Virus record (IMG/VR): IMGVR_UViG_3300029904_000001
Location: 1 to 64,000 of that record
Reading direction: 5' to 3' (one strand)
Length of the DNA stretch: 64,000 bases
Origin: a virus
Lineage: Duplodnaviria; Heunggongvirae; Uroviricota; Caudoviricetes
A program made the translations under genes and the position numbers. Below, in pieces: positions 19,560 to 29,307 of the stretch (position 1 is the stretch's first letter; each line of letters begins with the position of its first letter). A model generated the notes under the pieces. That model saw only the letters and a list, made by a program, of their open reading frames with translations, ran no database searches and had not been told where the DNA came from.

Positions 19560-20200
19560 ATTGTCTAGAATAATATAATAAAACGGGTTTTAGGGTATTG
19601 TACCAGAAGCAATACTCAGTATCTACCACTAAAGAGTAGAGTTTACTAATAGAAACTGTCCTATTAGGGTATGAGTTGAACCTTAATGTGTACTCCGGTG
19701 ACTACTAGCGAGAAAACGTAGAGGAGAAGTTAAACTGCCAGAGTGTTTAAACAGTTTGTATGGTTAGCTATAAATCATACCGCCAAGCTGCGAGATAGCT
19801 TTCGTTTTTACTGGTTCGAATAAACTTAGAGGTTCCCGATTAGCCAAAAATCGGATTTGCTCGTGTCGTCTAGTGCTTCAGGACATCTTTAGTTCTCAAA
19901 GAAAACCAAAGTTGGAATCTTTGCACGAGTACTACATAAAGAGAGTAATATACATCCAGTAATACTGGTCCTGTATACCATTAGCATAGCTCTGCAAGCG
20001 CGTAAGCACCTATCAACTCTTAGGGAAGTCTAATAGAATTTTCTAGAAACTACTGATCATAGTTGGAAATAGATTCTTACTCTCTTTATTTAAATAGAAC
20101 TAATTGAAAAATTGTTATATATCTACTCAATGGCACTTATAATATTAGTTTAAATAATTTTGACTTTATTTTAAGTGCCATTTTTCTTTTGTAAAAATTA
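19560..20200. ncRNA. ORF-free ~640 bp region of locally elevated GC; candidate structured RNA or replication element
   Basis: No ORF >60 aa in any frame; GC visibly above flanking ~28%; many short helices possible; no family recognised. Confidence 0.2.
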
Positions 20201-20213
20201 AAAATTAAATATC

Positions 20214-20489
20214 ATGTATATAGTTAAAGAGAAACACTATCGTCCTACTTATAGAAAAGGCGATTTGGAAGCAGAAGAAGTTGTATCTGATGTACTTCCA
20301 TTTAAAACGAGAAAAGCTGCTAAAGATTTTATAGAATCTAAACTTATTGGCAGATCTTCTGTTTGGAGAAACTATCGTAGAAGTCCTCAAACTAGCTTTT
20401 GTGGTTATCGCACAGGTAAAACTTGGATTCATGAAAATACAGGTGAAACTTGTGAAGAGTTTTATTCTTATGAGTTATATAAACAGTAA
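20214..20489 (+). CDS. hypothetical protein
   Basis: 91 aa. Confidence 0.4.
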   Translation: MYIVKEKHYRPTYRKGDLEAEEVVSDVLPFKTRKAAKDFIESKLIGRSSVWRNYRRSPQTSFCGYRTGKTWIHENTGETCEEFYSYELYKQ

Positions 20490-20527
20490 TGATTATTTAA
20501 GCAATAAGAATCAAAAACAAAGAAAAT

Positions 20528-21049
20528 ATGAAAACTGTAAAAATAAGCAAAGATGATTTTAATTTTCTTGTAAATGAGATACGTTATGGTATATTACCAA
20601 AACATACTACTTATGATGAAATAACTAACGAAATATCCAACCTGTTCTCTGTGGATGATACAAAGCATTCCAATTCTGAAAAGATTGGAAAGAATCTCAA
20701 ACCCTTTTCCCTTGAAGCAGCTAAAGCAGGTAAGCCTGTCTGTACAAGGGACGGAAGAAAGGCAAGGATTATTTGCTTTGATAGAAAAGATATAAAGCCT
20801 ATTGTGGCTCTCGTAACTTCTATAAATGGTGATAATATTAATGAAAAAGCTTTTTATTACTTTGAAGACGGTCATCATCTTAGTAAGTATGATAATAATA
20901 TCATTGACCTCATGATGCTCCCAGAAAAGAAAGAGGGATGGATAGTTATACATAAAGAAGCCATATATGATAAAGAAACTGCTGAGAAAATTGCAAGAGA
21001 AACTACAGTTGATGTTATTAGAATACAAAAAATTGAATGGGAGGAATAG
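20528..21049 (+). CDS. hypothetical protein
   Basis: 173 aa. Confidence 0.45.
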   Translation: MKTVKISKDDFNFLVNEIRYGILPKHTTYDEITNEISNLFSVDDTKHSNSEKIGKNLKPFSLEAAKAGKPVCTRDGRKARIICFDRKDIKPIVALVTSINGDNINEKAFYYFEDGHHLSKYDNNIIDLMMLPEKKEGWIVIHKEAIYDKETAEKIARETTVDVIRIQKIEWEE

Positions 21050-21228
21050 TTATGTGGATAGCTAGAGATAAAAATGGTTTAGCATTTATCTACGTAAACA
21101 AACCACGCAAAGCAGAGAATAAAGGTTACTGGGATGGGCATGATTTTTATATAAATATACCTGATGAATGTTTCCCAGAAGTAAAATGGGAAGACCCTGA
21201 ACCAACAGAAATAATTTTAAAGAAATAA
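21037..21228 (+). CDS. small protein, tandem paralog family member 1 (MWIARDKNG..)
   Basis: ..NKGYW(tgg)DGHDFYINIPDECFPEVKWEDPEPTEIILKK. Confidence 0.45.
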   Translation: MGGIVMWIARDKNGLAFIYVNKPRKAENKGYWDGHDFYINIPDECFPEVKWEDPEPTEIILKK

Positions 21229-21232
21229 GACT

Positions 21233-21406
21233 ATGTGGATAGCACGAGATAAGAACAATAGTTTACATTTATTTTCATCTAAACCATTTAAAAATGAGTC
21301 ATATTGAATTTCAAGAGTATCAGATATGGACGTTTATATATTGCCAAGTTTGTATCCAGAAGTAAAATGGGAAGATGAAGAACCAAGAGAATTAATACTG
21401 AAGTAA
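21233..21406 (+). CDS. small protein, family member 2; contains TGA read as Trp
   Basis: MWIARDKNNSLHLFSSKPFKNESY-TGA-ISRVSDMDVYILPSLYPEVKWEDEEPRELILK. The TGA aligns with the TGG-encoded W of member 1. Confidence 0.45.
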
Positions 21407-21407
21407 T

Positions 21408-21617
21408 ATGGCATGGGTAGCAGTAGATAAAGATGCCACAGAAACAATATTCACAGACAAACCATGTAGAGTATTTGATGATGTTGAATATTGTTTTTAT
21501 TGGGATACATCTTCTGGGTCATTTATCCCTATTCCAAAAGGAACTATCAAGAAACTAATTGGTAGAAACCTTACATGGCAAGATGAACCTGTTGAATTAA
21601 AAGAAGAACAATTATGA
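21408..21617 (+). CDS. small protein, family member 3
   Basis: PKGTIKKLIGRNLTWQDEP shared with member 4. Confidence 0.45.
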   Translation: MAWVAVDKDATETIFTDKPCRVFDDVEYCFYWDTSSGSFIPIPKGTIKKLIGRNLTWQDEPVELKEEQL

Positions 21618-21805
21618 TATATGTAGCAATAAATAAAAATGGAGATGAACATATGTTTGATATCAGGCCAAAAAGAAATGTTAGACTTTCTACTTGGGAA
21701 ATCTATGATGGTTGGTCTCAGAATATCAAGCTTCCAAAAGGAACTATTAAAAAGTTGATAGGTAGAGATCTTACATGGGAAGACAATTATATTGAGATTA
21801 AATAG
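21614..21805 (+). CDS. small protein, family member 4
   Basis: PKGTIKKLIGRDLTWEDNY. Confidence 0.45.
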   Translation: MIYVAINKNGDEHMFDIRPKRNVRLSTWEIYDGWSQNIKLPKGTIKKLIGRDLTWEDNYIEIK

Positions 21806-21813
21806 GAATAATT

Positions 21814-22077
21814 ATGACAGAAAAACAACTTATAGAAGGTAAAAACCTTATTGACAAGATAAAAAAGCTGGAAAAGAGGATTGAAGTATGGAATAAAAGT
21901 ACAGGAATAGATTGTCTTGTCCTCTTATATCCGAAGGAGAACTATAGTTATCAAAGTGAAACTTGTGAAGACAACAATGTTTCTGGTTATATAGACTTTG
22001 ATATAATCAAAACTCTTGTTCTATCAAACATGAATAAGAGGCTGAATGAATTAAAAGAACAATTTCAAAATCTTTAG
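21814..22077 (+). CDS. hypothetical protein
   Basis: 87 aa. Confidence 0.4.
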   Translation: MTEKQLIEGKNLIDKIKKLEKRIEVWNKSTGIDCLVLLYPKENYSYQSETCEDNNVSGYIDFDIIKTLVLSNMNKRLNELKEQFQNL

Positions 22078-22742
22078 TGAGCATGATAGAACCTAAAATT
22101 GGCGAAATCTTCTCTTTACATGGAATAAAAGTTAAGACTTGTCCTATGAGAGATGATGAGCATTGTAGTGATTGTGCTTTTGCATATCTTGAATGTGATA
22201 ATGTTGCTTGTAATCCAATTAATAGAGAAGATGCAGCACAAGTTATATTTAAAGAAATAAAACAAATGGAAGTAAAGATTCAAATCCCAGATAATTGTGA
22301 ACTCGTCAAGGATGGGGATACATATATAGTTAAAGAAAAGAAACAAGAACCTCCGAGAAGTTGGGAGGAGTTTTGTGAGAATCATCCTGTTAGAAAAGGG
22401 GAATGTTTTATTGACCATGCAGATGGAGGCACTCCAATTACAGAGGCATCTTTCTCTATAGGTCAATATAGAAAAAGTGCATCTTGGTGTACCTCTGAAG
22501 AAGAAGCAAAGGCATTCCTCGCCCTTATGCAACTTAGACAACTTAGGAAAGCATGGGTTGGAGATTGGGAGCCTATAAAAGGAGAAACATATTTGGCTAT
22601 ATACAATGACATAGCAGAAGGAATATGTGATAGTCCTTTCTTAATGTCAAATACCACAATGTCTTTTCCAACCCCAAAAATGGCCGAGGATTTCCTCAGT
22701 TGTTTTAAGGACTTATGCGAAACCGCAAAAATCTTATTGTAA
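22077..22742 (+). CDS. hypothetical Cys-rich protein
   Basis: 221 aa; CPMRDDEHCSDCAF..C. Confidence 0.45.
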   Translation: MSMIEPKIGEIFSLHGIKVKTCPMRDDEHCSDCAFAYLECDNVACNPINREDAAQVIFKEIKQMEVKIQIPDNCELVKDGDTYIVKEKKQEPPRSWEEFCENHPVRKGECFIDHADGGTPITEASFSIGQYRKSASWCTSEEEAKAFLALMQLRQLRKAWVGDWEPIKGETYLAIYNDIAEGICDSPFLMSNTTMSFPTPKMAEDFLSCFKDLCETAKILL

Positions 22743-23116
22743 TGTGTTGGTTATCATATAACCCAAAATATTGGTCTCCAATAGAAGCAAAAACACCATT
22801 TACTGTTTTTAAAGTACTAAGAATAAAATCATCATTCTATGGTAAGACAAAATTATATTCTCCTTGTTATCCTATACGATATAAACGAAATAAATTATAT
22901 AAAGCAAACTTTGGTATAATTAAGTTGGATAGTTCTATGGAGATTAATGAAGGACTACATAGCGCTGCTTCTATTGAACTTGCTCAGGAAATTCTGTCCG
23001 ATTATCGTCTTTCTACTAGCGGTATAATTGTACAAGCATATATACCTGTTGGTGCTACATATTATCAGAATGAATATGGTGAAATAGTTTCAAATCAATT
23101 AAAAATCTTATTATAA
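22715..23116 (+). CDS. hypothetical protein; C-terminus paralogous to 24930-25322
   Basis: ..IPVGATYYQNEYGEIVSNQLKILL vs ..IPKGSMYFEGLYTEIFSNQIIIKEICL. Confidence 0.4.
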   Translation: MRNRKNLIVMCWLSYNPKYWSPIEAKTPFTVFKVLRIKSSFYGKTKLYSPCYPIRYKRNKLYKANFGIIKLDSSMEINEGLHSAASIELAQEILSDYRLSTSGIIVQAYIPVGATYYQNEYGEIVSNQLKILL

Positions 23117-23721
23117 TGAAACCAGATTTATCTAAATTAAAATATAGAATAGGTGATAAAGTTCTATATCGAGGAGAACCTACAGAAATTATTGCTTATA
23201 GTATAAAAGAAAATACTGATTATACAATTCGATTATTTTCACTGTATTCTCATACAGGTAACTTGTTTTCTGTAAATGAGTTTGGAAATTCACTTGAATT
23301 TGATGAGAATTCTGCACTTTATGTATTAGAAGAAGAGTTAACACTTATTAAAAGTAATATTATGACACTTAATGATTTAAAGAACTTTGATATATTAACA
23401 TTACGGAACGGTAAACAATTTTTTGTTTATAACGGATTATTCATTAATATAAAAGAGGACAATTATTTCTTATACAGAAATAGTTATAACTCAAAGCTTT
23501 TAAATGATAATTATGCTGAAAGAGACATAATAAAAGTAGAAAGAATGAACAATGAAACTTATGTACGAAATGTAGATCGTTTTATGTACAACTATCTAGA
23601 AAGAACAGCTGATATTATATATACAACTGTCTACGAACGTATAGAAACTACTGAACTTACAATGCAGCAGATTGCAGATAAGTTTGGAGTTCCAGTTGAG
23701 CAACTTAAGATTAAAAAGTAA
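23116..23721 (+). CDS. hypothetical protein
   Basis: 201 aa. Confidence 0.45.
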   Translation: MKPDLSKLKYRIGDKVLYRGEPTEIIAYSIKENTDYTIRLFSLYSHTGNLFSVNEFGNSLEFDENSALYVLEEELTLIKSNIMTLNDLKNFDILTLRNGKQFFVYNGLFINIKEDNYFLYRNSYNSKLLNDNYAERDIIKVERMNNETYVRNVDRFMYNYLERTADIIYTTVYERIETTELTMQQIADKFGVPVEQLKIKK

Positions 23722-23872
23722 TGGATTACAAAATTATATTTAAAGAAGTGGGTAGGAAGGAAAGAACTACCCACTTTTATAATGCAACATCTGAATCTCA
23801 AGTAATTGAACACTTTGGATTAAATGATCCAGAGATTGAATATTATAAACTGGAAAAAGTAAAAGGCTAGTT

Positions 23873-24247
23873 ATGAAAATAGGTGATATCGCTTATCTCG
23901 CCCAACCAGTCGAATGGCGTAAAACTCCAGATGGAGATTGGGATGAATATGTTTATCCAATTAATACTCCAGTAAAAATTATTGGAGATTCTGGTTATCG
24001 TGGTTGGGATATTGAGTTTATAGAAACTGGTATAAAAATGTGTGAATGTGCTGGTATAAAGCTCTCTTCTACACCTTTAAACAATTGTGCAAAAGAAAAA
24101 CTTATACGAGTTGATAATTCTCACTTTGATGAATTAGATAATTATCTATCAAATAAATGGACTATTAAGTCTATTTCTGCATGTGCTGCAATTGGAGATT
24201 GTAGTGCAACAAAATCATATTGTTATGTTCATTTAATTATTAAATAG
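23873..24247 (+). CDS. hypothetical protein
   Basis: 124 aa. Confidence 0.4.
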   Translation: MKIGDIAYLAQPVEWRKTPDGDWDEYVYPINTPVKIIGDSGYRGWDIEFIETGIKMCECAGIKLSSTPLNNCAKEKLIRVDNSHFDELDNYLSNKWTIKSISACAAIGDCSATKSYCYVHLIIK

Positions 24248-24248
24248 T

Positions 24249-24899
24249 ATGAAAATAGAAAACCAAGTTATCTTTAACGGTATTACTAATTCTCTTTGTT
24301 TGATTATAGTTTCTATATTAACTGTTTTTGTAGTTATGTGGGCTACTTCAGACAAAGAAAATGAAAATATCGGATATGATACAGCTACTGAATATATAAG
24401 AGAACTACAAACCTCTTATCAAGGTGTTAAATCTGATCTTGTTGATCTTACTCAACATTATATAGATTCAGTTGCTCCTAATTCTGGATTACGTGCTCTT
24501 ATTCTTGTAGAAAATTGTGAAAAATATGGAATTCCAATCTCATTTACACTTGCTCAAGGAGAAATTGAAAGTCATTTTGGCACAACTGGGCTGGCTTATC
24601 GTACCAACTCTATCTGGAATGTTGGTGCTTTTGATGGTTATAATATTAAGGATATCCAACATAAATTCAATAATCCTAACGATTCTGTTCTCCCTTATTT
24701 GGAGTTGTTGGTTAATAATTATCTACCGTCTAAAACAGTAGAAGATCTTCTTGAATCTTTTGTAGACATTAATGGAAATCGATATGCGTCTGATAAACAT
24801 TATGAGGCGAAACTCTCTGATAAGTATAAATATATAACAGACAATTATCGAATTGATGAACTACAAGAAAGGTTGAATTATTATAAAGTAAGATTGTAA
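24249..24899 (+). CDS. membrane-anchored peptidoglycan hydrolase, glucosaminidase (FlgJ/LytD-like) family; endolysin candidate
   Basis: N-terminal TM (ITNSLCLIIVSILTVFVVMW), then ..GIPISFTLAQGEIESHFGTTGLAYRTNSIWNVGAFDG.. resembling the AQxxLESGWG glucosaminidase signature. Confidence 0.45.
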   Translation: MKIENQVIFNGITNSLCLIIVSILTVFVVMWATSDKENENIGYDTATEYIRELQTSYQGVKSDLVDLTQHYIDSVAPNSGLRALILVENCEKYGIPISFTLAQGEIESHFGTTGLAYRTNSIWNVGAFDGYNIKDIQHKFNNPNDSVLPYLELLVNNYLPSKTVEDLLESFVDINGNRYASDKHYEAKLSDKYKYITDNYRIDELQERLNYYKVRL

Positions 24900-24929
24900 T
24901 GAATATTATCCAACTAAAAAATACGAATA

Positions 24930-25322
24930 ATGTGTCTATTTAAACGAGGTTCTTATAAAATAGCTAAAGAAGATCTTATTACATATAAAGTTGTCACTAA
25001 AGAATTAAGATCTCAGTATTATCAATTTCCATATGAATTAGATAAAACTTATTCTAAGAATTGGAATGATGATTTTCTTGCTTTTTGTAAAAATCAAGAA
25101 ACAATAGGAGGAAATGGTTTTCATTCTAATTTAAATAAAGATACTTGCACTCGCTTATATGGAGATATTATCGTTGAAAATACAGATGAAACATTGAAAG
25201 GCCAATTATCGGACAATCAATTTCTTGTCAAATGTATAATTCCTAAAGGTTCTATGTACTTTGAAGGATTATACACTGAAATATTTTCAAATCAAATTAT
25301 AATTAAAGAGATATGTCTTTAG
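24930..25322 (+). CDS. hypothetical protein (paralog of 22715-23116 C-terminus)
   Basis: 130 aa. Confidence 0.4.
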   Translation: MCLFKRGSYKIAKEDLITYKVVTKELRSQYYQFPYELDKTYSKNWNDDFLAFCKNQETIGGNGFHSNLNKDTCTRLYGDIIVENTDETLKGQLSDNQFLVKCIIPKGSMYFEGLYTEIFSNQIIIKEICL

Positions 25323-25801
25323 ATATATACATTATTAGTCCAGAACCAGTAAAAAGAAAATCTACTGGAATATGGGTAAGAGATAACGGTCAAACACGTG
25401 AATTAACTCGTGAAGAAGCCATTGAACGTTTTCCTGATGCAGATCCTGAGTCTATTCAAGAAATTGAAATAGAAACTAATGAATTTTGGCATGAAAATAT
25501 AACTCATAATCTTGCTGAGATGGCTCAGGAATGTAAAATAGAATGTGATCCTCAACATGAAGGTCTATCGTTATATGATTTGTTATGGAGAGATGAATAT
25601 CCTTGGGAAATGAGCCATTTGGAATATACGCAATGTCTACTAGCGTGTTTGGTGAGTTTAACGGATGAACCAGAAAGATATAAACAGTACAATCCATCTA
25701 ATGGTTGGGGAACTTATGAACAGCTTGTGGAGTTTGTAAGATCTTTTATTCACGCTCTTGTAGATGAACCGTATGAAATGGAAATTAAATATTCTAAGTA
25801 A
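25313..25801 (+). CDS. hypothetical protein
   Basis: 162 aa. Confidence 0.45.
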   Translation: MSLDIYIISPEPVKRKSTGIWVRDNGQTRELTREEAIERFPDADPESIQEIEIETNEFWHENITHNLAEMAQECKIECDPQHEGLSLYDLLWRDEYPWEMSHLEYTQCLLACLVSLTDEPERYKQYNPSNGWGTYEQLVEFVRSFIHALVDEPYEMEIKYSK

Positions 25802-26001
25802 TGGGACGTAATGATATCTTTTTTGAAATCGCAGATCTTTTGAATTCTTTAGGAAGAGAGTGGATTGATGAAAAAGAACTTGAATATCGACTTGGAGAAT
25901 TCTTAGATGATATGCAAGCAGATAATAAGTTAGATGGCTGGGACGCAGGAAATATTCTGGAATTAACAAGTGCTTTAATTGAATTTATTCAAAACTATTA
26001 A
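25801..26001 (+). CDS. small acidic protein
   Basis: 66 aa. Confidence 0.35.
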   Translation: MGRNDIFFEIADLLNSLGREWIDEKELEYRLGEFLDDMQADNKLDGWDAGNILELTSALIEFIQNY

Positions 26002-26003
26002 TA

Positions 26004-26237
26004 ATGATAAACGCTGATTACTTTAAGGAGAATTTTACTCGAACAGTTGCTGATTCTCTTGATAAATATGGTAGAGGTTGGCAAGATGCTACTGTTGTAC
26101 GTGGTGACATCATTGATAGTTTGGAGTTGTTTGAAGTAGATGCTGATATGATAACTCCAGAACAGTCTGATAGAATTCTTGAAACATTTGCCAATTTTAT
26201 TAGAACTCTAGATAACGTTTATAATGAAATTAAATAA
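26004..26237 (+). CDS. small acidic protein
   Basis: 77 aa. Confidence 0.35.
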   Translation: MINADYFKENFTRTVADSLDKYGRGWQDATVVRGDIIDSLELFEVDADMITPEQSDRILETFANFIRTLDNVYNEIK

Positions 26238-26604
26238 ATATAAACTAAAAGATTCTGATCAAGAATTACTTATCTATACTTTGCAAGAAGATCTTTCTAT
26301 GCCTTTAGATGATTTAAATCTCGAATTAATTGAGGAACATCCAAATTTGGAAGAAAATAAATTTATTCCAATTCTAAAAGCAGAAGATCTTCTTACTCGT
26401 ATTATCGGAAAACAAAGACGAACTAGAGATGTAATTCTATCTGAAGAATCTATTGACTCTTGGAATAATCTTAAAGCTTCTTATTATGCTATGAGAAATC
26501 GTATTTTGTATTTTTCTAAAAGAGTACGAGAGATGATTACGGATAAGTATTCTGAGATAGTCAATAATTATGATAATATAGAAAGTCATGGAACCGAAGT
26601 ATAA
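26224..26604 (+). CDS. hypothetical protein
   Basis: 126 aa. Confidence 0.4.
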   Translation: MKLNKYKLKDSDQELLIYTLQEDLSMPLDDLNLELIEEHPNLEENKFIPILKAEDLLTRIIGKQRRTRDVILSEESIDSWNNLKASYYAMRNRILYFSKRVREMITDKYSEIVNNYDNIESHGTEV

Positions 26605-27388
26605 AGTTGGAGATGAAGTTATTATAAGATCTTGGGAAGAAATTAAAAAAACTTTAGATGGTGAAGACTATTATATAAACGATAGTATAGTTTTTGCCCC
26701 TTTAATGCATGGGGATGTAGGAAAAACTTATAAAATTACGAAGATTATTAGCGCATCTAAATATCCTAGATATCTATTAAACGATTGGTGGTATGTGGAG
26801 GATTGGATTAAACCCAAAGAAATAAAATCTAGGTTTTCTGATAAACATCTAATCTTTTATATGTGTCTTCAACTTTTAAGTGGCAATAAACCAAATTATC
26901 GTATATTAAAAGATCGTGTTCCGTTTAAGGATCAAGGAGGTTTTAATTGGCATGAATTTTCTGATAAATTATCTATGGATTTTGCTACTCAACCTTGTCC
27001 TAATTGGCCTATTTTAACATTAGATATAGAGTTTGCGGAATTGCTTTTGACTAGAATGTATAAATATCCATGTTCTAGTCTTATTGATATTGATTATTTT
27101 AAAAAGCCCATAAGTCACTTAATAGACGATATTATCTGGAGTGAAACCCCAGAAGGATTTGGATTTTGGAAAGAAAAATATCAATACTACAAGTCTAAAT
27201 CAAATTCAGAAATATTAGAAAATCAAAAACAACCTAATAAAATAGAAAATCATGAAATTAAATTACAAAGAAAGAAAAGCACTGTCATCAGAGGAACAGT
27301 CCCAGAAGGAAGTATTACGCGCGGTAGAAAACGCAAAATTACAATTACAGTCGGATATCTTAGCAACTCAGTCTGCATTGGAGGATAA
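26588..27388 (+). CDS. hypothetical protein; 3' end overlaps next ORF in another frame (true end may be earlier or frameshifted)
   Basis: 266-aa ORF; last ~45 aa are basic, low-complexity and overlap ORF 27252. Confidence 0.35.
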   Translation: MEPKYKVGDEVIIRSWEEIKKTLDGEDYYINDSIVFAPLMHGDVGKTYKITKIISASKYPRYLLNDWWYVEDWIKPKEIKSRFSDKHLIFYMCLQLLSGNKPNYRILKDRVPFKDQGGFNWHEFSDKLSMDFATQPCPNWPILTLDIEFAELLLTRMYKYPCSSLIDIDYFKKPISHLIDDIIWSETPEGFGFWKEKYQYYKSKSNSEILENQKQPNKIENHEIKLQRKKSTVIRGTVPEGSITRGRKRKITITVGYLSNSVCIGG

Positions 27389-27524
27389 GAAACAGGAATT
27401 GGAAGACATCAAGTCTGAGTATCCTCTATGTGCAATAGATATTATCAATCTAGAAGTTGAGGTTGAAAGTCTAGAAGATGGATTGCGTAGACTGAAGTGT
27501 CTAAAAGATGAATTGGGACTCTAA
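27252..27524 (+). CDS. coiled-coil protein
   Basis: 90 aa; heptad-rich (..QLQSDILATQSALEDKKQELEDIKSEY..). Confidence 0.35.
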   Translation: MKLNYKERKALSSEEQSQKEVLRAVENAKLQLQSDILATQSALEDKKQELEDIKSEYPLCAIDIINLEVEVESLEDGLRRLKCLKDELGL

Positions 27525-27715
27525 TGCATAATAAAATATTGTTTCTTGGGTATGATAAGCATGATAATTTGCTTTTCAAACTCAAGAAACATCATGCTCT
27601 TTTTGTTATAGATTTTAGAGCCAATTCTGTTCGTTTGATTAAAGGATATTTACCAAAATCTAAGAAAAAGAAATTACGTAAATATCTTTCTGATCATTAT
27701 GATTTAAAATTTTAA
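27524..27715 (+). CDS. small basic protein
   Basis: 63 aa. Confidence 0.35.
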   Translation: MHNKILFLGYDKHDNLLFKLKKHHALFVIDFRANSVRLIKGYLPKSKKKKLRKYLSDHYDLKF

Positions 27716-27718
27716 TAT

Positions 27719-28387
27719 ATGGAAATACTTACAATACCAGATGTACATGCTAAAGACTTCTGGAAACTCGGAAAAGCTTGAGATGGCCAAATTATATTTC
27801 TAGGAGACTATGTAGATCCATATCCATTCGATTTTCCTAATAAACAACCGGATGTTATTCAAACTCTAATTGACATTATGCAGTTTGCAGATGAAAATAG
27901 GGATAGAGTAACACTGTTGATAGGCAATCACGACGAATCTTATCTTCGTGACTTGGATGCAAGTAGACATGATTATCAATTAGCAGGCAAAATTCGAGAA
28001 ATATATAGCGATTATCTTGATCTATTATATATCGCGAAACAAGTGGATGACACTTTATTTACACACGCTGGAGTAGCTAAAGGATGGTTGCAATATAATA
28101 ACTTTGAACTACCAGATAAGGAAGCAGATAAAGTATTAAACGAATTGTATAATGCTAGTTGATCTCCATTTTGGCAAATTGGATATATAAGAGGTGGTAT
28201 GGATCCTATAGGTTCTCCAATCTGGAGAGATATAAGAGAAGGTGATTTGGATGAAAGATTCTTCCAGGTTTACAGTCATACAAGACTTGATCAACCTTAT
28301 GTAACTAATTCAGAGGCTTGTTTGGATACAGGAAAAGCATGTTTTGTAGTTAATACTATTACACATGAGATTGAAGAATTTTGTTAA
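27719..28387 (+). CDS. calcineurin-like metallophosphoesterase (Ser/Thr phosphatase / ApaH-like); two in-frame TGA=Trp
   Basis: IPDVHAK (DxH), FLGDYVDP (GDxxD), LLIGNHDES (GNHD/E). The ORF is continuous only if the TGAs at 27779 and 28160 are read as W. Confidence 0.55.
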
Positions 28388-28526
28388 AAGATTATTTTGT
28401 AAACACGAATATGTTGAAGTAGGAGTTGCTGATTATCACGAGTATGATAGCTCCAAAACCTCTCGTACTTTTGTAAAGTCGTTTCGAATTCGACAATGTA
28501 GCAAATATAAAAAATTTAAATAAATT

Positions 28527-28958
28527 ATGGGAAAAATCAATTTTACTAAAGAACATCAGATCAAGCTGTATAACGCAGCTATGTTAGCATTGTTTAACAA
28601 CACTTCGTTTCAGACTACTATGGGAGGAACGTGTGGTATTTCTGAGCTTCTTCATCAGATTACTATAAATTCTCTTATCCAGATGAAACAGAATCTAGAT
28701 AAGAAGATTTCAGCTAAAGAGTCAGCAGATGAATGGTCAATGACTGATGAAGAGCAGAAGAAGCTAGATGAACTGAAATCAAAGTCTGAGCTTATCAATC
28801 TTGTAATAGGTTGGAAGAAGTATATTGCTTATCAAAATGAGCTTGCTAATAAAAAGGCAGAGCTCGATAAGATGATTAACGATCTTGAGGAGTCCCAGAA
28901 GACACCTGAAGAAAAGATTAATGAACTTAAAGCTCAAAGAGCAGCTCTCGATGAATAA
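28527..28958 (+). CDS. coiled-coil protein
   Basis: 143 aa, Lys/Glu heptads. Confidence 0.4.
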   Translation: MGKINFTKEHQIKLYNAAMLALFNNTSFQTTMGGTCGISELLHQITINSLIQMKQNLDKKISAKESADEWSMTDEEQKKLDELKSKSELINLVIGWKKYIAYQNELANKKAELDKMINDLEESQKTPEEKINELKAQRAALDE

Positions 28959-29092
28959 GTCTAAAACATCCCGTACTAGCAGAAACGCATTTCATTGCTG
29001 GTGCGGGTATTATAATAAGAAATATTCTCATACTCAACCTACTGAAAAACAAATTGTTTGGGAAATAAGCAAGTTATGTAAAAAACTGGATA

Positions 29093-29305
29093 ATGAATAA
29101 TCCCATTGTCAATAATCGTATAGTAAGCGATTATACGTTTGCATTAAGACTATTATCCTTTATAGAAAATGTAGAAGTCAGTGATTTGCCAGGTGAAGAA
29201 GAAAAAGAATATCTAATAAGTATAGCTAATAATCTCATTCGATGGCAAAAAATGACAGCTTATACAAAAACAGAAATTGAATATTTAAAAAGAAATAAAG
29301 TATAG
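29093..29305 (+). CDS. hypothetical protein
   Basis: 70 aa. Confidence 0.35.
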   Translation: MNNPIVNNRIVSDYTFALRLLSFIENVEVSDLPGEEEKEYLISIANNLIRWQKMTAYTKTEIEYLKRNKV

Positions 29306-29307
29306 TT

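Noticed and set aside
19560-20200. tmRNA or RNase P RNA in the 19.6-20.2 kb ORF-free region
   Set aside because: It lacks the tRNA-like 5'/3' ends with a GGTTCGAATCC-type T-loop and CCA of tmRNA, and I could not find RNase P conserved regions. Left as an unclassified candidate ncRNA.
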